From: Marsupella aquatica
Taxonomy: Eukaryota; Plantae; Marchantiophyta
Assembly: GCA_973895155.1 (NCBI GenBank)
Contig: OZ316893.1
Span: forward strand, 18,666,857-18,730,856
DNA: 64,000 bases
Direction: 5' to 3'
Below, in pieces: positions 46,590 to 59,066 of this stretch. The position numbers and the translations under genes were made by a program. The first letter of the stretch is position 1; each line of letters opens with the position of its first letter. The notes beneath the pieces are model-generated. The model was not told where the DNA came from and searched no databases. It worked only from the letters and a program-made list of their open reading frames with translations.

Positions 46590-49495
46590 CTAATATATCT
46601 TGGATCCCAATCCTACCCTTGTCCTGTTAATTGCACAAATTGTGTCTTCCCCAAGATCTTGTAATCCTTCCATGCATCTAATCACATCCTCCACCCTCAA
46701 CCATTTTGCCAGTGCAGTGATCGTAGGAAAAAAATGAGATGTGTGCATAGCGCCTCCCATGATTACCAGAGACTTCCAGTGTAGGTCCACTGAAGGCCCA
46801 CGGGTAACAGAGGAAGAGTCGGTCAGTAAAAGAATACTTTTTTTGCCTGATGGTTTAGCATTATGCCATTTAGCCAAACAGAAATTTAGCCGCAAACAGT
46901 CTAACCCATTCAGACGATGGTTGATCTAGAGACTTGTTAAACCAAAGTAAGGCATCAAAGTGGGCCCTGAAATCTTTCAGACCTATACCACCATCGATCT
47001 TGGGCCAGGAGAGTGTTTTCCAGGCAACAAGGGGGTCCTTTTGTCCACCATCAACATTATACCCCCAGAGGAAATCCTTGCAAAGTGCTTCTAACTTAGT
47101 GGCCAGACTGTTTGAAGAATGCAAAAATATCATGTGGTAAATGGGAATTACCTAAAGAACATGTTTGACAAGAATGGTATGTCCAGTAAATGAAAGGAAC
47201 CTATTGGCCCAAGTTGAGAGTCTATTGCCAATTTTGTCTAGGCAAAAGGTGTGAAGCTGTGTAGAGTTCAGACCCCATCCCATTGGGGCTCCAAGATACC
47301 TTTGAATCTCACCACGTTTGCTGATCTTGCATCCCGTTCTGATGAACCAATCTGGTGTGGATCATCCTGTTCCATGGCCAAAGGGATAACAGTAGACTTA
47401 TGGACATTTTGCTTAGCTCCAGAAGCCAATTTGTAGCAAGCAAGCGCCCCCTTGGCACCATTAAAGTCCTCTTCAGATTGGCGTATGAACATGCCCATGT
47501 CGTCTACAAAGAGCCTATAACTGATCATGAGAATATCTGAGATCTGGACACCATTAAATCTCCCTGTTGAGAGATGGTCCATCAATGGCTGGGTCACAAG
47601 GACAAAGAGCAATGGGGATAAAGAACAACCTTGACAAACTCCTCTCCTCATCTGAATAGAGGTATTTACAAACAACAGCAAACAATAATAGCAAACAGAA
47701 ACTGGTAACAAGAAACATAAACTGTAAACAGGAAAATGAGTGGTAATTTTTTTTGGAATTTTTTGGAATTTGTTTTTGGAAATTGTTTTTTTTCCAAAAC
47801 ATTTTTTTGCTAGCGCCCAAAGCTAGCCAAAAAATGTTGTAATTTAATTTTTTTTGGAAAATGTGATTTTTTAGAAAACATTTTTTGATTGTTATTTTTC
47901 CTGGTAACAGTAACTTTTTCCTGGTAACAGGAAAATTTTTGCTGGTACCAGGAAACCTGTTTCCTGTTTTCTATCACGGGTGCCATACCCATCTGAATAT
48001 CCTTAGAGAAGAGACCATTGATATGCACTTGAGAACTAGCACTGCTGATAAGTGATCGAATGAGGCTAATAAAGTGTCAGCCCAGGCCCAAGAGGTGCAT
48101 AGTCTCTCAAATATAAGAATGAGAAACCCGGTCAAAGGCTTTGTCAAAATCCAATTGTAGAAATAGCAACTCCTGTTTCTGCTTGGTTACCCAATCCACA
48201 GTCAGCCAAGCAATGGAAATATTTTCTGATATATGCCTGCCTGACATAAAACCCGTTTGCTGCAGGCTGATAAGCTTTTGCAGAAGAGGTTTGAGACAGA
48301 GAGCTAAGATTTTTTGCAATCAGTTTGTAGACCGTATTAAGCATTGTTAGCAGCCTCCAATCTTTCAATCTGCGTTTGTCTGTCTTCTTTGGGATGAGCT
48401 TAATAATACCTTCTTTGATACGAGATGCCAGAACTCCTGTCCATCAGAAATCCAGGATCATGTTCAACAAACCCTCCTTGACAAATTCCCAACATGAACA
48501 AAAGACCTCCGGGCCAGGAGCTTTATGAAGAGGTAGTAACCATAGAGTAGCTTGGATTTCATCTGAATTTCAAGCCTGTGAATCTCAGCCGCCGACAAAG
48601 CATTGCTAGTATTCTTGAAGAGCATGTGCCTAGCTTCCCTCACCACCATGGATCCGCAGCTTGTCATCAGCTTCATATACTTAGATCGACAAACTGATGT
48701 TCCACCTCTTCAAGAATCCTTTTTTCCTCTTTGATCACTCTTCCGTTCTCTAGAAGCAATGAAGCCATAGTTTCTCTACTCCATTGGCTTTTATGCTAGC
48801 AAAGTAGAACTTAGATGGCTCGTCACCTTGTCCTAACCACCTGAGTCTTGAGAGCCGCCTGTCATGCTGTGCCTTATTGTGTTCTGTAGACCTCATTTCT
48901 TCCTCAATAGTGGCATAATCTCTGAGATCAGTGTCTGAGTAGTCACTGATCATTGCTAACTTTAGAGACCAAAGTTTTTCTCTTAGGCCCCGTGTCTCAG
49001 CTTCATGCGCTGAAGTAGAGCCTTGTAGTTCCAAAAATCTATTTCTAAGTCTCATGGTGGCTAGATGAAGTGCAAATGCGGGCTGTCTTGAATCCTCTCG
49101 CCTTCCCCCACGCGTTCTTAAGTTCCTCAATGAAGTATGTTACTTTTTTTCTATTAGGATTGCTTCCTGCCGGGGAAAGTCTAGATTGTAATAATATCGG
49201 TCATGGTCCAACAGCGCAGAGCCACCTTTGTGAATCAGCTTTTCAACCTCTCCAGCCCACCAGATTTGGCCACTAAAGTAAAATCTATCTAGCCGGGATT
49301 GGACCAGTTTGCCGTTGATAGTCCGTCTCCAAGTAAATCTGGATCCCTGAAAGTCAGATGCCAAGGAAAATGCATCCTCAAGGTCAAATATAGTTTTGAA
49401 GAATCGCCAAAATTCAGCTTCACATCCAAGTATAAGTGGAGAAGAACCGGAAGAGTCACTCCATCCCTCCGTCATGTTGAAGTCTTCACAAACAA
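46590..49495 (-). mobile_element. Degraded L1-clade LINE ORF2 (endonuclease end, RT, post-RT region)
   Basis: SRFTW...QSRLDRFY, WLGQGDEPSKFYF, DWRLLTMLNTVYKL, QQTGFMSGRHISEN, LDFDKAFDRVSH, RGVCQGCSLSPLLF, LFVDD. Homologous to the LINE at 1-1483. Confidence 0.92.
47659..47990 (-). mobile_element. ~300-bp non-autonomous DNA element, copy 3, in the LINE RT
   Basis: Reverse orientation GAGGTATTTAC...TGCCATACCC with 9-bp TSD ATCTGAATA. Confidence 0.9.
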
Positions 49496-49819
49496 TCCAG
49501 TAACTTCTCCTAAGCCTAGTCTAATCATCATGACTAACTAATCTATTGTCATTATCCTAATAACTACATACTTCTACATCTACGTAAGGTGGGTTATATG
49601 GATTAAGCTATATTACTGATTACCCGCCATGTTAGCAGCATCACAAATTACATTCATGACCCTAAGATCACATATGGCTCCAAAATTTCTTATGATTGCT
49701 CATTTATTGCATTGTACTTTTGTTATTGCAACTCCTTTGACTTTTATGGTCCCTGAGCATATAATACATAATACGTACATACAAACTAAGGAGACATTTG
49801 AATTTATTCTTGAGAACAT

Positions 49820-52800
49820 CTAGACTGGTATTCTCCACCTTCATCATCATTGGACCAGATGCAAGTGTCTAGTGCATGAGCGGAAAGAATCTGTCAACTT
49901 TGAATCCGTGCATTGAATCCCCAATCACCCAAACATCCCCATTGCCTTGGATTGCATGCAAGTACTCAATGAGATGACTAAGTAGGATGGAGTGCCTTTG
50001 GTGTGGAAGTTTAACACCATGAATTGATTGTTAGGATCCTTGTATCAATATGGTAATGGTAATGGTAATATATTAATATAAGCCCCAAGACCACAAAAAT
50101 CAAAGGAGCTACAACCAAAAACAAGTACAATGCAAAGAAATCGCAATTAAAAGAAATTGCTCAAAAGAGGATCAATCTATCCTCTATCAATCTAAGGACC
50201 TAAAGAGTCCTCAAAGATGTTCCAAACCTTCTTCTTTGTTCTCTATCAATTGCTAAGATAAATCTACCAAGATGTTGAGGGGGATAACTAATCAGTGCAG
50301 ACAAATCTTTCACCAAGATCTGAGATGTCATTCTTACACCCTCATAGAACTTGCAAGCAATGAAAACTTGATATTAATTCTGTACACTAAAGCTGTCACA
50401 AAGTTGGCAAACCCTATTTTTCCTCTCAATACCCTTAGTTCCATCTCCCTTGTTCTACTTCAAGATGGTGTGAACTAAGCCTATCGCAAGCAATTATATG
50501 TCTGAGTTGTACTGAAATAGTACAAGATAGGTATTCTTGTTATCCATATTTTCCATAGGGTTTGCATCCTTCATGTAGTATTGCAGTGGTGGACGAGGAT
50601 CATGCCAGATTTTGTGCATAGCCCTTGTTGCTTTGTGTAGATTTACTATGCCTCCAAATCCCCTTCCAGCTTTGAATCTCTTCTCACTGAAGATGGACAT
50701 TGTGCAATGAAACCCTGGAATGTTTGGTAGATTGTTTGCCTTGTGTTTCCATGTTTCCAAAAAGATTAAAGTATCCACCTCATTGAAGATCTTTTGAGCA
50801 CCAAGTACAACCTCAATAGATAATCAAGAGACATTCCACTTAACTCTCCAGGTCCCTCCCCATCACTTCAACGCATCTTTCTTTTGAGTGATAATTGCTC
50901 GCCCATGCTTGAGGTATGCAATATAGGCTTTTCCTTGTGCTTTCTTCACCTTCTCAAGTTCCTCTTTTCTTGCTTGCCAAACAATCCAAATCTTTTGGTC
51001 CTTCAACATAGGTCTGTTAGCCATGACCTTTGTCTTCTCAAATACACCAATGAATCTCACCAAGATAGGACGGAAAAAACCCTGATTTCTTTTGCCAATC
51101 CTATAAGCTTGCAACACTGGGGGCTCATGCACTTTCAATTGTGCTTAAAGAAAATAATTGACTACCTCATTGATGTTCTCTTTCTCTATCTCAGGCAGAC
51201 CTGACATCTTACACTTGTTGGCACTTGCTTGCTGCTCCCTTTTCTCCTCATTAGCTTCTTTTCTCACCTTCTCTTGGGCCTCCATGAGCACAATGTGTGA
51301 TCGTTTGGCAGCTTTTGCATAAGTTTTGAACTTCTCCTCAATCTCCTCTACTGCCTCGTGCAATACTGAAATTTCAAGGCACATAGTCTTCTGCATATCT
51401 TGAAACTATGATGTAAGCAATAAGAGTTGCTTGCCACTCTCTTGAGTCTAAGATTGAAGCTCTGCAAATAGCCTCTGCTGCTTTACATTTTCATGCTAGC
51501 CTGAATTTCAGAGCTCTCAGCCACAACCAAGACTTTTTAAAGCAAAATCTTTGAATGGGAACTTTCATTGGTTGCCATCTCTTCCGTGTGCAAGTAAACT
51601 CTGGTCACAAAATGTGGATCAAGTTTCAGCTCAAACCATAGCCGGCAACCCCTCCGATTCAACATGTTTCAATCCCAAATCTAGAAACTGAAACCAGGAA
51701 CAGCAGCTTGCAAATAGCAAAACACACATCAAATGAAGTTGACTTGAGCTGAAAATTGGTTAGGCAAGCATTTGCAATGTTGTTCACGCACTGACCAAGT
51801 TTCAACTCAAACCATAGCCAGCAGCCCCTCCGATTTGACGTGAATTTCAATCCCAAATCTAGAACCTGAAACCGGGAACAGCAGCTTGCGGACAGCAAAA
51901 CCGAGAGCAAAACAAATGCCAGACCTAGTGAACAAAGAGGGATGTAGTCTTGCCTGATTGCATTCTCTGCCAAAATTCTAGATGGTTGGATGAACTCTTC
52001 ACGACGTGATTGTTGATGTACCCTTGCTCTAGCACACTCCTCATCAAACCATGCCTTCATGCTTTGCTTCCTAGGAGGTGGGTGGAGAAAGTACATGATG
52101 CTGCCTTTGCTATCACTTGTGAAAGCTCTATCTCATTAGAGGTATGGAGAAGATGTTCAAAGTTGATCTTGAAAATGAATTCTCCCTCAGGATCTAAAAA
52201 AAGAGGCTGAGGTAGGGACTTTTTATGAGCTTTGGCTGGCATTGTGAGCGCCAGGTTGAGATGGAACAAAAGTGGCAAATGCAAGAACTCAGGCTGTGAG
52301 GGTAATATCCTAAAGTCACTGATTTTACTAGCAGAGGTAGGTGATGCAAGAAGATAGTCAATGGTGCAAATAGCCTTGTGCTAAATGTGAAGCCTACAGA
52401 TTGAGGAAATTTGGCAATTGCATTGATGATCCTAGGACCACAGATGGCTCTAAATCTAAGAAAGAGAGGAGACATTTGATTCACTTGTGAATCTTGAGAA
52501 TATCTAGACCAGTATTCTTCACCTTCATCATCATCAGACCAGAAGCAAGTATCTAGTGTGTGAGTGCAAAGAGTTTGTTTATCTTGAATCCGTGCATTGA
52601 AATCCCCAAACACCCAAACATCACCATTGCCCTGGATTGTATGCAGGTACTCTATGACATAATGAAATGGGTTCATTCTATGCAACACACCATTTGCATA
52701 AATATGTATATCCAATGGAGCCCAATAGGAAGCAACTAAGTAGGATGGAGTACCTTTGATGTGGATTTTTGAGCATCATGAACTGATTGTTAGGATCCTT

Positions 52801-52930
52801 GTATGCAATGGATACCAATGCTTGCCATTGTTGCTTTGTCTAGATTGCTATGCCTCCAAATCCCCTTCCAACTTTGAATCTCTTCTCATTGAAGATGGAC
52901 TCTGCCCAATGAAACCCTGGAATGGTTGGT
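49820..52930 (-). mobile_element. Several fragments of a second, non-L1 LINE family (RTEX/CR1-L2-like ORF1 and AP endonuclease)
   Basis: ORF1-like CKMSGLPE...QAYRIGKR...RPILVRF (50863-51396). Endonuclease IFLETW...GRGFGGI (50494-50778). WVFGDFNARI...RYSQDSQVN (52194-52715, duplicated at ~49830-50045). KAWFDEECARAR (~52030-52060). Confidence 0.7.
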
Positions 52931-52973
52931 AGTCACAATCACCATTGGATAATCAATTTTATGTTGTGTGATA

Positions 52974-53161
52974 GGTAAACTCAGCTGACTAGTGAGCCTC
53001 TTTGATGGAAGGTGATTGGGTCACATCTTCAGACATCTACTTGATGGTAAGTGTCACATCTTCAGACATTTACTTGATGGTAAGGTAAACTCAGCTGACT
53101 CACTAGCCTCTTTGATGGAAGGTGATTGGGTCACATCTTCAGACATTTACTTGATGGTAAG
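52974..53161. repeat. Local tandem duplications (GGTAAACTCAGCTGACT... and GTCACATCTTCAGACATTTACTTGATGGTAAG x3)
   Basis: Direct repeats are visible. Confidence 0.8.
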
Positions 53162-54364
53162 CCAACGCCTTTGCCCCTATGGGTTTTATCTTTGTTAACC
53201 TTCCATGTTGTGATAGTGGACTTTGCCCCATCAAGTGAAGATTTCCCACACCAACTTCTCTAGCTAAGAAGAATGATCAAAGCGATGGAGATGGAGGACA
53301 TATGGAGATGGAGGACATCAGTTTAGTGTGACATCCAATCAAACAAATTTCTTACATATCTTACTCTGCTTCATCTTACACTATAGATCTTACAAATAAT
53401 TTTCCCTTCTTTGAGTTGGCTCCTTGACACCAATCTGAACAATACGAACCACATCAATGACTGTAGAGGTGAGAGAATTGCACTGGCCATCAAAGTTATC
53501 CTGGACGGTGTGTTACTAGTGCTTAGAGCCTCATGCTTCCTTGACTCATGTTCAAGTAGGCTGCAGAATCCATCCCACAATTTTTCTTGATTCCCGATTC
53601 TTGTACGAAGACTCAAGAGGGGCTGCTGAACGTCGTTTGTTGACTAGTGTAAACTCAATTACACCCTCCAGTAACGAAAGTTGCCTCGGAAACTGCGAAG
53701 GGTGTTAAACCCTGGTGACATCAGCTGCAACCCACGGCGAAGACTTCACAACGGTAGATCAATATATTATAGCAGTTCCCTACATGCAAGCTGTGTGGAT
53801 GGAACTATCCATTGAGGTCTAAGCAGATAGAGCTCCCAGACAAACAGTGTAAGACGTGTGTGGCAGGCAGTTTGGATGACAGCCTCCATCTAACACTTTA
53901 GCTTCATCCGTCTGCGAGATATCGTTGAGATCTCGAGATCAAAGTTCCCACTCTTCAAGCAGGGACCAAAACTTGTCCGGGAAGTGCACATTAGTGGCAA
54001 TGACTGTTTTGCATTGGAAAATAAAATATTTTTGCAGTCTCCTCCACGGAAGGTGCATGGAAACAAGGTGTATGGATGGAACTCCCTTTCTTTCCCACAG
54101 TTTGACACCTAACATTCCAGAAGGAGTAGATGCTTGTGTTCGATCTATTGAAAGTTCCATTCAAAAGCCATTTTCTTTGCTTTACAACCCAGTTGCCCAG
54201 TTCATTAGAGAGAGTTGTCTCGCGCCCCTAGATTCCTACCTACATTCCTGTGTCTGTTCATACAACCAGTACGGGGTTAGCCTTAGTATATCAGAAAAAT
54301 AAAGTGAGATCCAAGATCTAAGTCCCATCCTTCAAGCAGGCAGTAGCTTTAGAATCATCTCCTT

Positions 54365-54900
54365 AAGCTCTTTCTTTGTACTCTTGGTAATTGTATTCCA
54401 TCATAAAATAGTTAAATACTCTTTTTTCTTGACCTTTTAAGCTGCAATCTTTAAATCATAGATAAACTGATTTGTTATAACACGTGCTAAGATTTTCTCC
54501 CATTTGTTTGGTGGTTTCAGGTTACCAAGTCGTTCGATCGTGATAAGTAGCTAGAAATATTTGGCTCACAATAAGATAAAATGTGTTACTATGAATACAT
54601 ATTATTCAAATGATATAACTATATGGAAAAGACAGAACATACAGATGGCGAAAGTATTATAATAATTATTAATTATTATAATTTCTAAAACGGATTGCAC
54701 TCCTTCATAGATATCAGGAGTCCATTGATGGAAAGGAACTAGTGAGAGTTTAAAAGCAAGTCTGTTCATAGATATTAGGAGTCCATTGATGGAAAGGAAC
54801 TAGTGAGAGTTTAAAAACAAGTCCGACTATAATACATAAAAATGCAATAAACATTCCCATCGAATTTGACATTTGTGTACTCTGAATCCCATCAACAATT
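54365..54900 (-). pseudogene. ndhB: Nuclear plastid insertion (NUPT): ndhB exon 1 3' end plus start of its group II intron
   Basis: [45 protein letters not shown] is followed by GTGCAA at 54700 (group II 5' end GTGYG-like) and AT-rich intron-like DNA. The left boundary is approximate. Confidence 0.85.
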
Positions 54901-55612
54901 CCTATCATTCCAAGCTGAGATTCGAGATGAAAAGGTTGCATGTAAAACACCTTAAACCGAGCAGATCAGTAGACAGAAAGAAACGAGCCAGAAGTCATTG
55001 CTGATTGATGTTTTATTCCAAATCGTTTTGACAAAATCAGATGGCATGATGCACAGGCTGAAATCGCAACGTAGAAACACCACACACCCTGTGACTTGCA
55101 CCCCAAAAGACAAGCTGCACAGAGTACTACGGCAAACTACAGCCACAAAGGCACACATAACCTTATCAAAGCATATAACATGAAAACTGACGGGCCAATT
55201 CTGGCCCCGTGGAGTATGTTTACAGGAAAGTTGCGGGTTCATGCGTACGACTGCTGCACCCAGAGCAACATGTCCACCTAGTTTTCCTCAGTCAAGGAAA
55301 TTTTCACCAAACAGATGTCGTAGTCCACCACGGCTGAGGCTAGTCAAGAGTTCCCGCTTCTGGGTCCCTTTCCCTCAGATGACTTTCAGTTGACCGTGAG
55401 CAACCGGACTTCTGCTTGATGACCTACAATTACGATGGACATGCCATGCCAGGCGCGATCCATAAGGCTTGGTTTGAGGCCAACAGATCTGTACCTGAAT
55501 GCTGAACGAATCGAATAAGATCGTTCTAGAAGCGAATAAGATCCAGGCGACCTTCCAATTTTCACACCAAGACTTCGCAGCCCTGTGAATTGCCGCCGGA
55601 TGATAGGGAGAA

Positions 55613-58358
55613 TCACGGCTCGTCCTCCTTCAGATTGGTAGGTTCACTCATCACATACTTCGGTAGGTCATATTTGGCACCTTTCCAATAGAACAAAGTT
55701 AGCTACTCCGAATCATGATATGGACAGTTAACTTCTTATGAGAAGCAAGCCAACACTTTTCCTCGAATACAACAAAGGGATATACAGAACTAGCGAAGCT
55801 ACAGATAGCTCGTGTGGCCACCATGCATAGAACTGACATGTTATGCTATGGTGATGCATCAATCATAAGACTGCATAAAATGACTGATTAAATAGAAGTC
55901 ATGCTTTATGCCGATGCGGGGCGCGAAGAATCACCCGGGATAGAAAACAGTGACAAAAAAATCATTCTGCGACTATTTTGGCAGTAGCCTAGCCACATGC
56001 TTGGCCAATCGCACCATAGATAGCAAGTTCCCAGCCAAAGGCAAAAATGCCCTGGGCAGATTCTAGAGATTCGGTGATCACCCGTTCAGATAATTACCTC
56101 TTTCATCGTAACAAGTGGACAAATCCTCTGCTGTTACAATGACACCAGCACTATCCACAATGAGCTGTGCAAGACTGGTCTCAGCCTCAGCTGCAGCTCG
56201 CAAAGCATCCCATATTTCTGTAGCAAAAAAAATTCATACTACTGAGCAACAGACTCAAAATGCAATACAAGGCTCCTTCTCGTGCCTTAACCAAGACTTC
56301 CAATGGGGCTATCCATTTATCTCGACCAACATTTGTATGAGTTCAGTTGAATTACGGAGCGCAATGCTAAAGCTGTCCAAACCCCACAGCAAATCATTTC
56401 CCTTTAAAGGAACTAAAACTTCAATTCTTCACAGTTAACTAGGCGAAAGCCACTGTCTGTCGGATTGCTTGGACAACCCTAATAACGTCCGCAAAGACAA
56501 CAAGTACCACACCACATGTTGTCTTCGCATCTGCTAATAGACTCCTTTCTTAACTCCAAAGAAAAATCAATGCGATAGAAGATACTCTATCCCACCAGAT
56601 ATGGAGGGTCCAGAAAACAAACCTTTCTGGCCCCCGTAATGTGGTGCTGTGTCCCAGAATTCATCTCGCATCCGTTTCAACTGTGCTCGAGTAATAACTT
56701 CTGAATGCTTCCACGGCTTTGGCTTCTTAATCTTCTTTTGATGCCCTGAAACCAACACGGGGAAGGACGTTAAATCTCTCAGTACATCGACACAACTGAT
56801 TCGGGATCGAAGAAAATGCCCAAATTTAAGAAGCTGTTTAATTATCATACTTCAGAGCAGCTTCCCATATCGAGCTCCGGGCAGCCGCTCTTGGTGAATT
56901 ATAATATCATACAGCAAAATTTTGGGAGCTTCTACGAAAATCCTGGCTGATGATGCATTGATCAACACCAGACTCGCTTGCAAATTTACCCAGCAAAAAT
57001 GCCAAGTGCTACCTTCACTAACGTACAATGAGAACGCCACCCATAACAAGGAAATCCACCTCAGTTCCTCAGTATCACATAATGTACAGAGATGCTTCCC
57101 TCCAAATGAAGGCAAAAAACTTCACAATCTAGACTTACATGAGTGTATTTGAGTTCGAAAGGTTTCGTGGAATGTAAATAGCCCTGTCGAATGGGAAGTA
57201 GAAAGCAGCAACCAACGTGCACCAATAAAATTCAGTATCAGCACAAAAACTGAGAAAATCCAGAACGATCATGCAGAGTATCAAACCCCCATACAGAAGC
57301 AGGCGAAGAAAATCGGTTCCATGCCTCTTCATTGCACACAGAAAGCTATGGGTCTATGGCCTAAAGGCTATGGCACACGCTATGCAAAGTGTGAATTCAA
57401 AATCATTACCAGACCAATTCGGTTGCATTCACATGTTGTAGATGTCGAAGGTGAAATCACCCCATACTTCGCAGCAATCACGAAATAACCCACTATTCTA
57501 AGCCTCGTTGTTGAGTTAATTTCATTTTTGGGCTACACTTCCCGACTACCATCGAAGGAATTCCTCACCATAGCAGAATGCAAAGTGCCCCTCCATGGCA
57601 TCCCACTATTCGTCTGCCATGCTAAACCTCTGAACTAGGTTCATTGGATTCGCCATTATCATATGGTATTCCTGAATAACCTGTGGGCAACAAACATGTC
57701 TGATTCGCGCCCAGGAGCTCGGGTCAAGCAGCATCCTCGCGAGCTAACAAAGCCGCTTGAGGTAAGCAGACGAATCCATAGATCATCTACAATTGCATCA
57801 CCACGTTGCGTCCGTCGTCACTAATCCTCAAACGACAGAGTAGATTAGAAATAACCCTACAGAGATTCGCGAGTCAAAAAATCCCCATGGCTCCCAATGA
57901 GCCGGCCAGTCGTTCCCACAAGATTCATTTCCACGAAAACGAACGAATTGCCTGCCTAGCATCTTAACCACCTAAACGGGTAGATGCAGAAAACCGCCAA
58001 CATGTTGGCCACAAGTCCACACCATCATGGTAACAAAGTACTCAGCCCGCCGACCCGATTGCCCTTGGCCGTTTCCACAGTTACAATCATCACCCGCAGA
58101 GTGTAACCATCAATGATCATCGTCACCGTGCAAATTCAACTCACGTACGAAGCGTGCATCAAATGCGGTGATAGAATTATTAACACGCGGTCAACACAAT
58201 TCCTTCTCGTTGACATGGAAAGAAATGAACAATCCACAAGATTATCCCGAATTAAACCAGTCGGCTAGCGAAAAGGGCAGCAGCAAACGTTTAGTCCGCT
58301 TCGAGGAGAGAGCTCACTCACCGTCAACGCCTTTCTCCGTGGATCCTACACAACCCAT
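55613..58358 (-). CDS. UBTD/DC-UbP-type ubiquitin-binding-domain protein, 115 aa; exons 58322-58358, 56623-56745, 56098-56217, 55613-55680
   Basis: Four exons with canonical GT-AG introns join in frame (348 nt): MGCVGSTEKGVDGHQKKIKKPKPWKHSEVITRAQLKRMRDEFWDTAPHYGGQKEIWDALRAAAEAETSLAQLIVDSAGVIVTAEDLSTCYDERGAKYDLPKYVMSEPTNLKEDEP. The MGC start suggests myristoylation and palmitoylation. Confidence 0.93.
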
Positions 58359-59011
58359 TTTTCACCTCCTCTGCCTCCCCTCGTCTGTCACATCGCTTTC
58401 TCAATCAAGTCCCTGCCCCTCACCTGTCCTCGCCCGCCAACCGATCGCTTTTGATATCTCTGTCTCTCCCTCAACCTCCTGTAAGACACTTTTACTAATC
58501 CGAACTTCTGTGCTTCTCCGGTGCAGACCATTTCACTGTTCCATCGTTCGTTCTCCACCGCATCATAACTCTCAAATGGTCTTTCCTTGCCCTCTTTTGA
58601 ACCTTCGTTCTCCACTCTATTCCGCCGCACTACTTCTCCGCGGTCCTCTAAATGAAGTACGACACTCCCTCTACGATTTACTCGGCAGTCATTGGCACCC
58701 ACTCACCCGCTCACGCACGCACGAGCGCTCGATGCCAAACCAAACCAAACCAAAGCCTCCATCTACAATATCTAATCCGTTCCCAATTGCAGATCGCCTC
58801 TGATCATCATCGAGCAGAGAAGAGGGGAGAGGCTCACGCCGGAGAACATGCACTGGTCATCGATCATCAATCATCAATCATCACCCTTCACAAGTGCAGA
58901 CGGAATACATCACCTACCACCATCTCTCCCTCCCCATCTCCTCTTCCAGAGCCGGAGTACTCTCTCACTTTTCCACCTCCCCTCATTCTCCTCGCTCTCA
59001 CCTTTGTTCGG

Positions 59012-59066
59012 GTGGCGTGGTGTGGTGTGGGTGTGGTGTGGTGTGGGTGTGGTGTGGTGTGGTGTG
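59012..59066. repeat. (GGTGT)n microsatellite in the 5' leader/promoter region of the host gene
   Basis: About ten imperfect pentamer units. Confidence 0.85.

Noticed and set aside
53370-54360. Short ORFs between the LINE relics and the NUPT
   Set aside because: No recognisable motifs or consistent exon structure.
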